Assembly (NCBI GenBank): GCA_030390025.1
Contig: CM059449.1
Location: 930,001 to 994,000, forward strand
Direction: 5' to 3'
DNA: 64,000 nt
Source: Squalus acanthias
Taxonomy: Eukaryota
The translations under genes and the position numbers were made by a program. Below the pieces are notes generated by a model. That model made no database searches. It was given only the letters and a program-made list of their open reading frames with translations, and was not told the DNA's origin. The first letter of the stretch is position 1; every line of letters starts with the position of its first letter. Positions 12,601-24,600 of the stretch are shown here, piece after piece.

Positions 12601-15600
12601 AGCAGTCAGAGGTGGGATCACGGCAGCCAGTGACTGAATTGCAGCACTAAGCGTTAGTGTGGCATCCGCCTGTGCTACAGCGAAGTGCTCCACACTCCTT
12701 GCCAGTGACTCAATGTATTCGGGCACCCTTCCCACTACACCCATGAGCTCAGTGTGCATGCCCACCGCCTGGGTGTTCATTTCTGCAATCAGCCGCTCCT
12801 CCTCTGCGTCCATTGCAGTAGGAGTGTCTGGCATACTCTCCCTCTGGGGAGAAGGCCCCCGTTCTTCCCTACCCCCCCCATGGCGTTGCTGCAGCCCGCT
12901 GGGTCCTGGAGCTTCACCATCATCAGCCCCTTCCCCCCTGCTCCCCTCCGGGGAAGGCGTGTTCCCAGTGTGGGCATGGGCTTCCTCGGGAGAGGGTGGC
13001 ACTGATGCTCCGGCTTCCTCTTCCTCCTCAGCTGCAGCATCACTCCCAGTGGCAGCTTCAGGGCCCGTCTCCTCAGCTGGTGAATCACCATCTGAAAGCA
13101 GGGAGGTACAAGAGTGGCTTTAGCGTGAGGACAGGGTGGCAGTAAGGGAGGAATAAGTGCAGCGAGTTAGCAAGTTGGATTGAAAGTGTCAAAGGCTGGT
13201 ATTGTGAGGGACAAGTGGAAGGACAGAGGACAAAAAGGTGATGACCTTACCATTGCTGTCCACAACGGGGTCGGCGTCTCCAGTGGCGACGGGACCGATC
13301 ACCCGGCTTGCCACAATCCTGTGGACGCGCTCCTCCAGATCGCTGAGGGGTTGCAGCTGAAGCCGCCCTCCACCCGTCCATTGCTGCTGTCTCCGATTAT
13401 GAGCCAGCTTAGCCTGCAAGAAAAAGGACAGCATCTGAGTAAATATACAGCCATGGTCTTGCCTGATGTGCCTCCCATAGGTGAATAGCCCTTACTGTAT
13501 GCAAAGTGTAGAATGTGTGTGTGTGTTTCATGAAAGGGCCATAGGTGTTGGATGAGTGTTGTGCATTGGGGTTTTAAGACCCTCTGGCCATAGAGTGAGG
13601 TTGAGATGGAGGGATGGAGAGGTATTGAGAAAAAACCACTCACCCTGACGACCCGAGTGAGGTCGTTGAACTTTTTGCGGCATTGAACATGGGTCCTGGG
13701 CACCATGCTCCTGGAGGAGACGCTCTGAGCCACCTCCCTCCACACTCTTCTGAACTCGCGTGGCAAAGGCCTCCTGCCACTCTCAGGGAACAGTATACAT
13801 CGTCTGCGCTCCACTGCGTCAACCAGAGCATCCAAGGCCCGCTCGGTGAAGCGATGAGCGCGTTCTCTCACCCTCTCCATGCTTGGCAGCAAAATGGATT
13901 ACATGTCTCTCCAGGCTGAGATTCAAGGCTGCAATGAGCAGGGTGTGGCTGGGGAGCAAGTGGCCCCCCCTGCTTTAAGAAGTGGCCGGCGCCAGTGTGT
14001 CTGTGTTCCCTCGCTAACTGGCAGCAGCTGCGCTGCGCTCGTGCGCTGAGTTAGCGCCTCACTCCTTCGCCTTTGCGCCTTAAGAGAGGTGTGCAGCGCC
14101 TGCTTTAGCGCTCCACTCACCTCCCGGGGCGGTAAAAGTGAAGTTTCCTGTCAGTGCCGATAATTAGCGCCAGGCGCTAATATTTGCGTCCGGACGATAT
14201 TTGCGCCCCAAATGGGGCGCGACCTAATTTCTACCCCTGAGTGTTCACGCGAGGGTAAGGCTTCCCCGCGATATCTCACTCCGCGCCTACCTTTTTCCTC
14301 CGGGCCCACACAAACTTTAGTTTCAAGGCTGCAGCTGTGCAGTGTGTGCGTATCCCAGAGATGGAGTTAGTTCGTGCGAGCTCTGGGATCACGTGATTCA
14401 GTTAGAGCCAATGGCAGCACACCATCTTTCATTCATAGTTTTAACAGCAAGGGCTGTCAAAGCTATGAATCCTACACACCCCCAAAAGAACAGCTAAACC
14501 TCAATTAAATTTAAAAAAAAGCCATCACATTAATCTAATAAGTATAGTTAAATAAATTAACCACTTTAAACAAAAAATTAAACTTTTGAAAAAATGTAAA
14601 ATCTTTTTAAAAGTTATAAAAATAAACTTACCTTTCTTTAAAGTCTCTAAAAAATATAAACCTGTTGAAAAAAATTTAAAATACTTAATTAACTACTTAC
14701 CTTGTTAAAAGAGGGTCTTACGCCTCCTTTCTTTATGTGTAGAATCTTCCATGCTTACCTGCGCGTTCAAAGCACTAAGTGCACTGCGTGCGCGCAGCCT
14801 GTAGCGCGCACGCGGTTCACTTAGGAACCGCCCCCTTTTGAATTCACGAAGTGCTGGTTTCTCGCGCATGCGCAGTGCATGCAAGAAAACGGCAATTGGA
14901 GACCTAAAACGCGAGAGTACGCACTTTAGGTCTAATTTTCGGGCCGCATGACTAAGCAGCCAGTTACACTGCGGGTGTAGAGGGTGAGATGGACTGACAG
15001 ACACAAGTGAAGCTGTTAGATTCCACTTGATGTGACACCACCTGTTCACAGTGTCTGCGTTTCTTGTGACTTGACATTCCAGTTACAATAGGCAGTTTGC
15101 TTCTGTGTAAAACTGAATCTACTTTGTGGAGACATAAACTGCGTAGTATAGCTTTCTGTCGATGGCTACTTAACCTGATCTCTGGCAAACAATAAAACCA
15201 TCTCCAAATATATTGGTTCCTTGGGAGATACTGGGCGAGAGATCCAACCTACTGCCCGGTGTAAAACTGGAATTGGGACCAGCTGCTCATCCTGGAATCT
15301 GCCCAACTTCCATTAAAATCACTGGAAATGCAATCATGCGGTTTCTGTAATGGGAGGAAAATCTACAATACCAGTTTATGTACAGATGGCAAATTGAACA
15401 ACTGCCCTGCTCCTGGGGCTATTGGATCGCTCGGTCACGGCAAATTCATGAAAATTGGCTTTTTTCCCTTTGTGAAGTACCTTGGGACGTTTTCCGATGT
15501 TCAGAGAGTTAATAAATGGACGAACTGGTTACATCTACAAGATGCACTGCAGCAACTCGCCAAGGCTTCATCGGCAGCACCTCACAAACCTGCGACCTCT

Positions 15601-18600
15601 TCCACCTTGAAGGAAAAGGGCAGCAGGCGCATGGGAACACCACCATCTCCAAGTTCCCCTCCAAGTCACACACCATCCTGACTTAGAAGTATATCGCTGA
15701 TCCTTCATCATCGCTGGGTCAAAATCCTGGAACTCCCTACCTAACAGCACTGTGGGTGTGCCTTCACCACACGGACTGCAGCGGTTCAAGAAGGCGGCTC
15801 ACCACCACCTTCTCGAGGGCAATTAGGGATGGGCAATAAATGCTGGCCTTGCCAGCAATGCTCACATCCCATAAACAAATTTTAAAAAATGAAGACGACC
15901 AGCTCCTGACGAGAATTTCCCTGCTTCCACAATGAATGAGTGGACTGAACAAACACATGGGGAAGATAATAATGAAAAACAGCGTCCATTTTGAAGCTAG
16001 ATCAGCAGGAAAATTCCTAATATAGAAACACAGAAACCCCAGTAGAAAAAGAACAGAGAAAAGCTGATGGTGATTTTATCACGTGGTGATGTATGTTTGG
16101 CCGAGCACAATAGAAGTGTGTGTCACTGGATCAGATCATTTGCTCCTGTCACCATATGGAGCAAGATCAACATGGGAGGGGGGAAGATTTACTCTGGGTG
16201 ATGTTTCTTGGGAAATGGTGAATGTTCTCAGGACATTTACAATTCGGTTACAAATACCGAGCAGAGGAAATTTTTCCACAATTCTTCACTACTTGCTTCA
16301 CATTGTGCCTGGGAGATAATGTCCCCAATAGGGACTGTTCATAGGATCAGACTTAATAAATGTTCATATCCAACCTCACCAAGGGCCCAATCATGAAACT
16401 TTCCCATCTCTCACAATACACGGCATCTTCCCTGCCTGTTTACCACCTCACCTCAGCAAGTTATACTGCAGGGTGAGAGGGCGAGAGGGACTGTCAGATA
16501 CGCGCTACACTGCAGGGATCTGCATCACCCTCACTCAACAAATGCATTTACATTTTCACACCAGAAGCGAGTAGAAACGACAGTCCACTCTGCAAACATT
16601 TTAAACTTCATTTTTTTCTTTTAAAGTTCTCAGGTAGTCTTAACAAATCCTGTGATAAATCTTCAAACTTCACTTCACACTGGACTATCTTTGCCCACTG
16701 AGGGGGAGGCCAGCTCCTCATCGCACTTGTGCTTCATGTGACTTTGAACACGATTAATAGTTCGCTGTTTGCTTCTATACCAGTGTTGGCCAATTCATTA
16801 ACCAGTGGCCACATGCGGCTAATTGGGAATGCAAATGTAGCTAATTGCATATGTGATCAGTAAATAAAAATGGGTAATAGACACCGTCGTTGGGCATGTC
16901 ATCTGAATACTCATTTGCATAGCGTATGCATGTGTACTTCAACCTTTGTGCAGTTGTAGCTAAAATGGTAAGATGAAAAGTGGAGGAGAAGCATCCGGGA
17001 AGGCGCCAAACACCTCGAGTCTCTTCACCGGGAGCAAGCGGAAGCCAAGCGCAAGGAGCGCACGTCAACCCAAGCACCCCAGCCACCCCTTCAACCACCA
17101 TCTGCCCCACCTGTGACGGACTGTAGGTCCCGCATTGGACACATCAGTCACCTGAGAACTCATTGTTAATGTGGAAGCAAGTCATCCTCGGTTCCGAGGG
17201 ACTGCCTAAGAAGAAGAAGAAGAAGATGAAAAGCAGAGTGTGCGAGTGTTTTCTTTCATTGACTGTTTTACATCCTTTTGTTATTGAATGGTGGTAGGTG
17301 TTTGTCACTAAACATCCAAGTGAAGTACATTTACCCATATTGTGAGTGTATGCAGGGCATTTTCTACTAGAATTAGTCCATGTGGCTAAAGCGGTGTCAC
17401 CATTGCCACACCTAGCGGCCAGACAGCAATTTCTATTGGACAACACTATTCTATACAAAGCAGTACTAACGAACCATACAGTATAACTTTCCGTCTGTGG
17501 CTACTTCACCTGATCCCCGGAAAACAACAGCCTTCAAGCATAATGGTTCCTGAGGAAACAGCACACACACACAGCCCCTGAAATTCCTGGAGCCCCCCTC
17601 TACCACCAAGTGTAGTGGGTGGGACTTCCGGCTGCTCGTTCAGCTCGGGCTTAACCCCATTCCAAATCCTCGGGACAGACTCATTTACACAAAGGGGGAT
17701 GGGAGACTGCACCATTTACAGCTCTACCCCAGGTGCCTGCCCATGGAAGGCGAGTAATTGCACTTGAGCACTCAGTCTGTCCGCCTGCAGTAAAGGGGGA
17801 ACTGGCAGGATTCCTGTGGAGGCAAGTCATCCTGCCAACCTCACCTTTTCCAATGACATCACCGCAAAGGAGGAATTACTTTCATCAGCCCTTTCTTGTA
17901 GGAATTTAACAAGGTGGGAAAAGGGGTGGAGTCCCAAGGAACCAGGATCTGCCCCAGTTCTGCACCTCTTCCACCCGATTTGTACTTTTATTCCACCCTC
18001 AGAAAGTCAAAGAATTTCCGATCCATCTTCTCCTTTAAGTGACCCTTCCACACGAATAGGGAGACATTTTCCTGTTGCTGTGCCTGCGACTATCGGATTA
18101 CATGGGTGCAGAAGAGATTTATTAGAATGGTTTCAGGGATGATGAATTACAGTTACGTGGAGAGACTGGAGAACTGGGGTTGTTCTCTTTAGAGCAGAGA
18201 AGGCGAAGAGGAGATTTGATAGAGGTGTTTAAATCATGAAGCGTTGAGTAAATAAAGAGAAACTTTCCAATAGCTGAAGGGTCGCTAACCAGAAGGCGCA
18301 GATTTAAGGTGATTGGCAAAAGAACCAGAGGCGACACGAGGAGAAACTTTTTCACGCAACGAGTGGTTTGTATTTGGAATGCACTGCCTGATAGGGTGGT
18401 GGATACAGATTCAATAGTAGCCTTCAAAAGGGAATTGGATAAAAACTTGAAGGGGAAATAATTGCAGGGATATGGGAAAAGAGCGGGGAATGGAACTAAC
18501 TGGATTGCTCTTCGAAAGAGCGGGCACAGACTCGATGGGCCGAGTGGCCTCCTTCTGTGCTGTACTATTCTATGATTCCACGATAGTTTCTTGGGTTATC

Positions 18601-21600
18601 CCTTTCCCCTTTCTTGTACTTACAAACAAATCATTTATAATCCACACTTTATCTTCACTGGTGGAATAATGTTTATCCCACTTTCAGAGCTGTCTTTCCT
18701 CTCCACACAATGTTTTGTAATACAAGTCTGTTTCTTTCAGAGGTGCTGTTCACACATTGGTCACAAAAGATAACTGGCAGTTTCTAAACATTAACATCAC
18801 ACTGGTTAGTATCAAAAGATTAATGAGTGGATTTCTTACCTGCAGAGTTTGTAATCCTTTTCCTTCTAGAAATGTAAAATCGAATGGTTATTTTCTGAAC
18901 TGTTATAAACAACACGGACATTCATATTAATTGCACAGTTTTGGGTCATCAGTTCATTAGAATGAGAATTCTGTAAACCATTACTTACTGATGCTCTGAC
19001 GGTTAACTTAATTTCCTTTTTAATTTTACATCTTGTATTTAGAGATCAAGGGCAGAATGTGTCACTTTTGACAAGAACTCAATCTTATTACATTTTTTTA
19101 CTTAACTGTCGTCAATGTGAACAGGATAAACTGTGCAGAGAAATAATCTTGCAACATGAGTAGAAAAATAGAAGCAGCAGTAGGCCATTCGGCCCTTCGA
19201 GCCTGCTCCACCATTCAATATGATCATGGCTGATCCTCCATCTCAATACCATATTCCCGCTCTCTCCCCATACCCATTGATTCCTTTTTTGTCTAGAAAT
19301 CTATCTAGCTCCTTCTTAAATATATTCAGTGACTTGGCCTCCACAGCCTTCTGTGGTAGAGAATTCCACAGGTTCACCACCCTCTGAGTGAAGAAATTTC
19401 TCCTCATCTCAGTTCTAAATGTCCTACCCCGTATTCTGAGACTGTGACCCCTCGTTCGAGACCCCCCAGCCAGGGGAAACATCCTCCCTGCATCCAGTCT
19501 GTCTAGCCCTGTCAGAATTTTATACGTTTCAATGAGATCCCCTCTCATTCTTCTAAACTCTAGTGAATACAGGTCTAGTCGACCCAATCTCTCCTCATAC
19601 AACAGTCCTGCCATCCCAGGAATCAGTCTGGTGAACCTTCACTGCACTCCCTCTATGGCAAGTATATCCTTTCTTAGGTAAGGAGACCAAAACTGCACAC
19701 AGTATTCCAGGTGTGGTCTCACCAAGGCTCTGCATAACTGTAGTAAGGCATCCTTGCTCCTGTACTCAAATCAGGAAACTGGGGGGGTGGGGTGTGTGAA
19801 GCACAAGCACTATTGGTAAATGAGACGGAGAGGGGCGGTAACAGAAAGTTACTGTGGCAGTAGCTAATTATATATAGAGAGATAATAGGGTGGAGACCAT
19901 TAAAAATGAACAAAACAACAGAATATGTCTGTAAATTGAAGGGTGTATAATGGGGTTGCACAGAATGAAGAGAAGTTTAAACACTTATCACAATAACTAG
20001 AGTCAATGATTTATTAAATAACATGCCCAATACCTTATTGAAATGTCCTGTCCCCAGCTGAAATGTAAAAATGTCCAACTATATAAAATATCTTACCTGA
20101 TATTTTAATTTTGTCTTCAGCCCTACAAAAAAGACACAATTTAGAATTACATGTCAAGTGAATAATATTTACTGGCAGTATTTGTTTACCAATGTGGTAT
20201 ATTCTTTTGTGTGGACACTGGAGTCTCTCCATTTCTAGGTCCCTCGATTAATATTATCTGATACAGTCAAAGATTGCGCAGTTCATGTATATTATGAGTG
20301 GTGTAATGTGTATTTTCAGGCACGGACACTGGCCATATGCCTTTTCAAGTGCTGGGTGATGTATTCAAAGAGAAAAGGACAATGCATTTTATCAGAGAAT
20401 TTTCTTGGTTCCATTTTTTTTTAATTGAGAAACCTGTGTGATGGATCAAAGCGCAGCAGTGTGGGACACCAGGAAGGCAGAAACAGTAGAAGAAAATCAG
20501 GAAAAAGTGCTTAAGGGAAACCATGCTGGGGTTTTCAATGCTGGGAGATTCTGGTAAAGAAAAGCATTCACCTGAGGAAGGGGCAATCGATAGCTCCGAA
20601 AGCTTGTGATTTCAAATAAAACTGTTGGACTATAACCTGGTGTTGTGCGACCTCTCAAAGAAAAGTATTACAGAAGTGAGGAGGTCCTGGGAAAGAATGA
20701 GATAATGAGACTGTGCAATGAGTCTTGATTTACAAAGATGCAGGACGAGAAGTAGTGTGTAGGACAGCATGTGTTCATCTAAGGAAGGAATAAAGAAGCT
20801 CAGAGCAGCACAGAACATAGAATTATTGATAAAGGCAAGACACCGAGACCAACACTGTAAACTAGAGAAGAGACAGATTGAATATCAGACTTTTTTACTT
20901 GTACCTTTCCCTGGTGTCAGAAGATCCTACATATAAAAAGATAAGAACATAAGACGTAGGAGCAGGAGTAGGTCATTTGGCCCCTCGAGCCTGCTCCGCC
21001 ATTCAATAAGATCATGGCTGACCCGATCTTGGCCTCAACTCCATTTCCCTGCCCGCTCCCCATAACCCTTGACTCCCTTATCGTTCAAAAATATATCTAT
21101 CTCCACCTTAAATATATTCAATGACGCAGCCTCCACAGCTCTCTGGGGAAGAGAATTCCAAAGATTCACGACTCTCAGAGAAGAAATCCCTCCTCATTTC
21201 CGATTTAAAAGGGTGCCCCTTATTCTGAAATTGTACCCTCTAGTTCTAGATTCCCCCACAAGGGGAAACATCCTCTCTGCATCTACCCTGTCAAGCCCCT
21301 TCAGAATCTTTTATGTTTCAATAAGATCCCCTCTCATTCTTCTAAACTCCAATGAGTATCGGCCCAACCTGCTCAACCTTTCTTCAAAAGATAACCCCTT
21401 CATCTCCGGAATCAACCTCTTGAAACTTCTCTGAACTGCCTCCAATGCAAGTATATCCTTCCTTAAATAAGGAGACCAAAACTGTACACAGTACTCCAGG
21501 TGTGGTCTCACCAATGCCCTGTACAGTTGTAACAGGCCTTCCCTACTTTTATACTCCATTCCCTTTGCAATAAAGGTCAACACTCCATTTGCCTTCCTAA

Positions 21601-24600
21601 TTACTTGCTGTACCTGCATGCTAACTTTTTGTGATTCATGTACAGGGACCCCGCACCCACCCCCCCCCCCCCACCCACCCCTCTATAGCTCAGCATTTTG
21701 TAATCTCTCCCCATTTAAATAATAATTTGCTTTTTTACTTTTCCTACCAAAGTGGATAACCTCGCATTTTCCGACATTAAACTCCATCTGCCATATTTTT
21801 GCCCACTTTCTATATCCCTTTGGAGATTCTTTGCGTCCTCCACACAATTTGCTTTCCCACCTATCTTTGTATCATCAGCAAATTTGGCAACATTGCACTC
21901 AGTCCCTTCATCCAAGTCATTAATATAGGTTGTAAATAGTTGAGGCCCCAGCACTGATCCCTGCGGCACCCCACTAGTTACAGTTTGCCAACCTGAAAAT
22001 GACCCATTTATCCAGACTCTCTGTTTTCTGTTAGTTAGCCAATCCTCTATCCATGCTAATATATTACCCCCAACCCCGTGAGCTCTTATCTTGTGAAGTA
22101 ACCTTTTATGTGGCACCTTATCAAATGCCTTCTGGAAATCCAAATACACGACATCTACTGGTTCCCCTTTATCCACCCTGCTCGTTACATCCTCAAAGAA
22201 CTCCAGCAAATTTGTCAAATATGATTTCCCTTTCATAAAACCATGCTGACTCTGCTTGACAATATTAAGATTTTCTAAATGTCCTGCTATCACTTCCTTA
22301 ATGATGGACTCCAGCATTTTCCCAATGACAGATGTTAGGCTAACTGGTCGATAGTTGCCTGCTTTCTGTCTCCCTCCTTTCTTAAATGAGGGCATTACAT
22401 TTGCGGTTTTCCAGTCCGCTGGGACCTCTCCAGAATTCAGGGAATTTTGGTAGATTACAACCAATGCATCCACTATCTCTGCAGCCACCTCTTTTAAGGC
22501 TCTAGGATGCACGCCATCGGGTAAAGGGGACTTGTCCCCACCCCACCCCAATAGCCCCTTGATTATCCATTATTGGGATGCTTTTAGTGTCTTCTACCGT
22601 GAAGACCGATACAAAATATTTGTTCAAGGTCTCCGCCATTTCCCTGTTTCCCATTATTAATTCCCCAGACTCATCCTCGAGGGGACCAACGTTTACTTTA
22701 GCTACTCTCTTCCTTTTTATTTTTATATACCTGTAGAAGCTCTTACTCTCTGTTTTTGTATTTCTTGCTAGCTTACTCTCATAAGCTATCTTCTATCTCT
22801 ATCATTTTTTTAGTCGCCCTTTGCTGGTTTTTAAAAAAATTTCCCAATCCTCTGGCCTTTCACTATTCTTCGCAACATTGTATGCTTTTGTTTTCAATTG
22901 GATACCATCCTTTACTTCCTTAGTTAGCCACGGATGGTTCATCCTTCTCTTAAGAGTGTTTCTTTCTTACTGGAATATCCTCTCACATATGGGAGCAGTG
23001 CTCAAGTGTTGGATAGATTGGGATACTTAGAGTTCAGACTTAACTGGGGAAAATGTTTACCATGGAAGAGGCAACATCAGGAATGGAGGAGACTTGGGAA
23101 TTTCACGAGAGTTCAGTGAGACTAAGATATCAACAGATCAAGAAGCACCAGGGGTGGAACCATCGAAGGTAACAGGCAGTTGCTTACACTGGACTTGAAG
23201 AATTGAAAGAAATGGGACTTTATTAACGAAAGCTGGTCGAGAAGCAGTGATCCAGCCATTGCACTGAGAGGAACGGAGGTGTGTGCGCTAAGGATATATG
23301 ATGTAACAGAAGTTGATGAATGTAGTGTGAAATAATCGGTAAGGAATGGATATGTTTGGATGATGTTTGGAGGAGTCATTGACATGGAGGAGAACAGAGT
23401 GGGAGAGGGACTGGAGACTTGAGGAATCCCTGAGTTAATGGAGAGAGTCAAAGGTGAGTAGTCAACCACAGCATAGCTGGAGCAATTTGAGGGCAAACTA
23501 CACAAGTGTTAACATAGGTGATGGGAGACCACATACTGCTGGTTTGTCCAGAAGTGCCTGGTGTTGGAACTGGTGAATGGTTTTGGAAATATCTACGGCA
23601 ATAACAAATGAATCGTCAAAGCATTCAGGAGCAGGAATGCAGAGGTGTTTAACAAGGCTACGTCATAAATAGAAGAATCATTCCAAAAACCACAGTGCAA
23701 TCACGGATCAGACCAGGACTTACAAGGAGGTCTAGCATTGAAGAGTTAATGGCAGCTTCTGTAACTTTAGAAAGCTCTGATGCGAGGACAATATGTTGGT
23801 AGTTGGAAAATGGATTGGGTAGCCTGGTGGTTATGGTACTGGATGAGCAACCCAGAAATCGGACTCAAATCCCACATGGCAAATTGTGAAATTAATCTGG
23901 GAATTTGTGGGCTGGCACCAGAAAAAGGACCATGAGATCTGCCACACTGTTGTAAAAGTCTAACTGCTTCACTGATGTCCTTCAGCGAAGGGAAAACTGC
24001 TGTTGTTACCGTACATGTGACTCCAGTCCCACACTATGTGGTTGGCTCTCAATACCTTCAGTGCAACTAGGGATGGGTTCTCACATCCCAAGAACAATTA
24101 AGGAAGGGATTATCCTTCCCAAGGATTGTAGGGAGAAGGAAAGACAGGCTGGGAGTAAGAGACAACTGAAGATGCTGGTTATTTACCAAATCATCAACAT
24201 TAGAGGAGAGGAGAGCATGGCAATCTGATCATCACCTTTTCCTTTAGGAGAACCTGATCAAGAGGAAGGGGCACGTGTAGATACAAAGATTCAGCAGGTT
24301 TGGAGAGACTAGATCGAGTGACTGCTGGAGAGGCAGCAAGTCAGCACTTGATTCTTTGCATTTCATTTAAGGTCTGTGTCAATATAGCTGATCTCACCTG
24401 TGGCAGGGGTAAGAGTGTTACAACTGATCCTGCGCTGGGAAACTGAAAAATCAGCCAGGATTCCCATTCCTGGTCAATGTTAATTGAATCCTGTTGGAAA
24501 ATGTGACTGTGCAAAAATCAGGTGAGGAAAATTCAGAATGTCCACTTGTACAAGTACAAGAGAGAGAGAGGGCCCATGGAATTCTATGGCAGCAAGATTA

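Larger units (their letters stand above)
10144..14237 (+). mobile_element. Autonomous PIF/Harbinger DNA transposon (4094 bp)
   Basis: TIRs GGGGTAAAAATT / AATTTCTACCCC, perfect 3-bp TSD TGA, two convergent intact genes; absent from the duplicated copy at ~63790. Confidence 0.95.
10123..14945. mobile_element. Non-autonomous GGCCC-ended MITE (~725 bp) hosting the autonomous Harbinger 21 bp from its end
   Basis: Ends GGCCCAGAAATTA / TAATTTTCGGGCC; absent in the duplicate; GC-rich ends and AT-rich core as in the 62656 element. Confidence 0.75.

Noticed and set aside
10987-13123. Antisense and alternate-frame ORFs over the Harbinger genes
   Set aside because: Shadow ORFs of GC-rich coding sequence.
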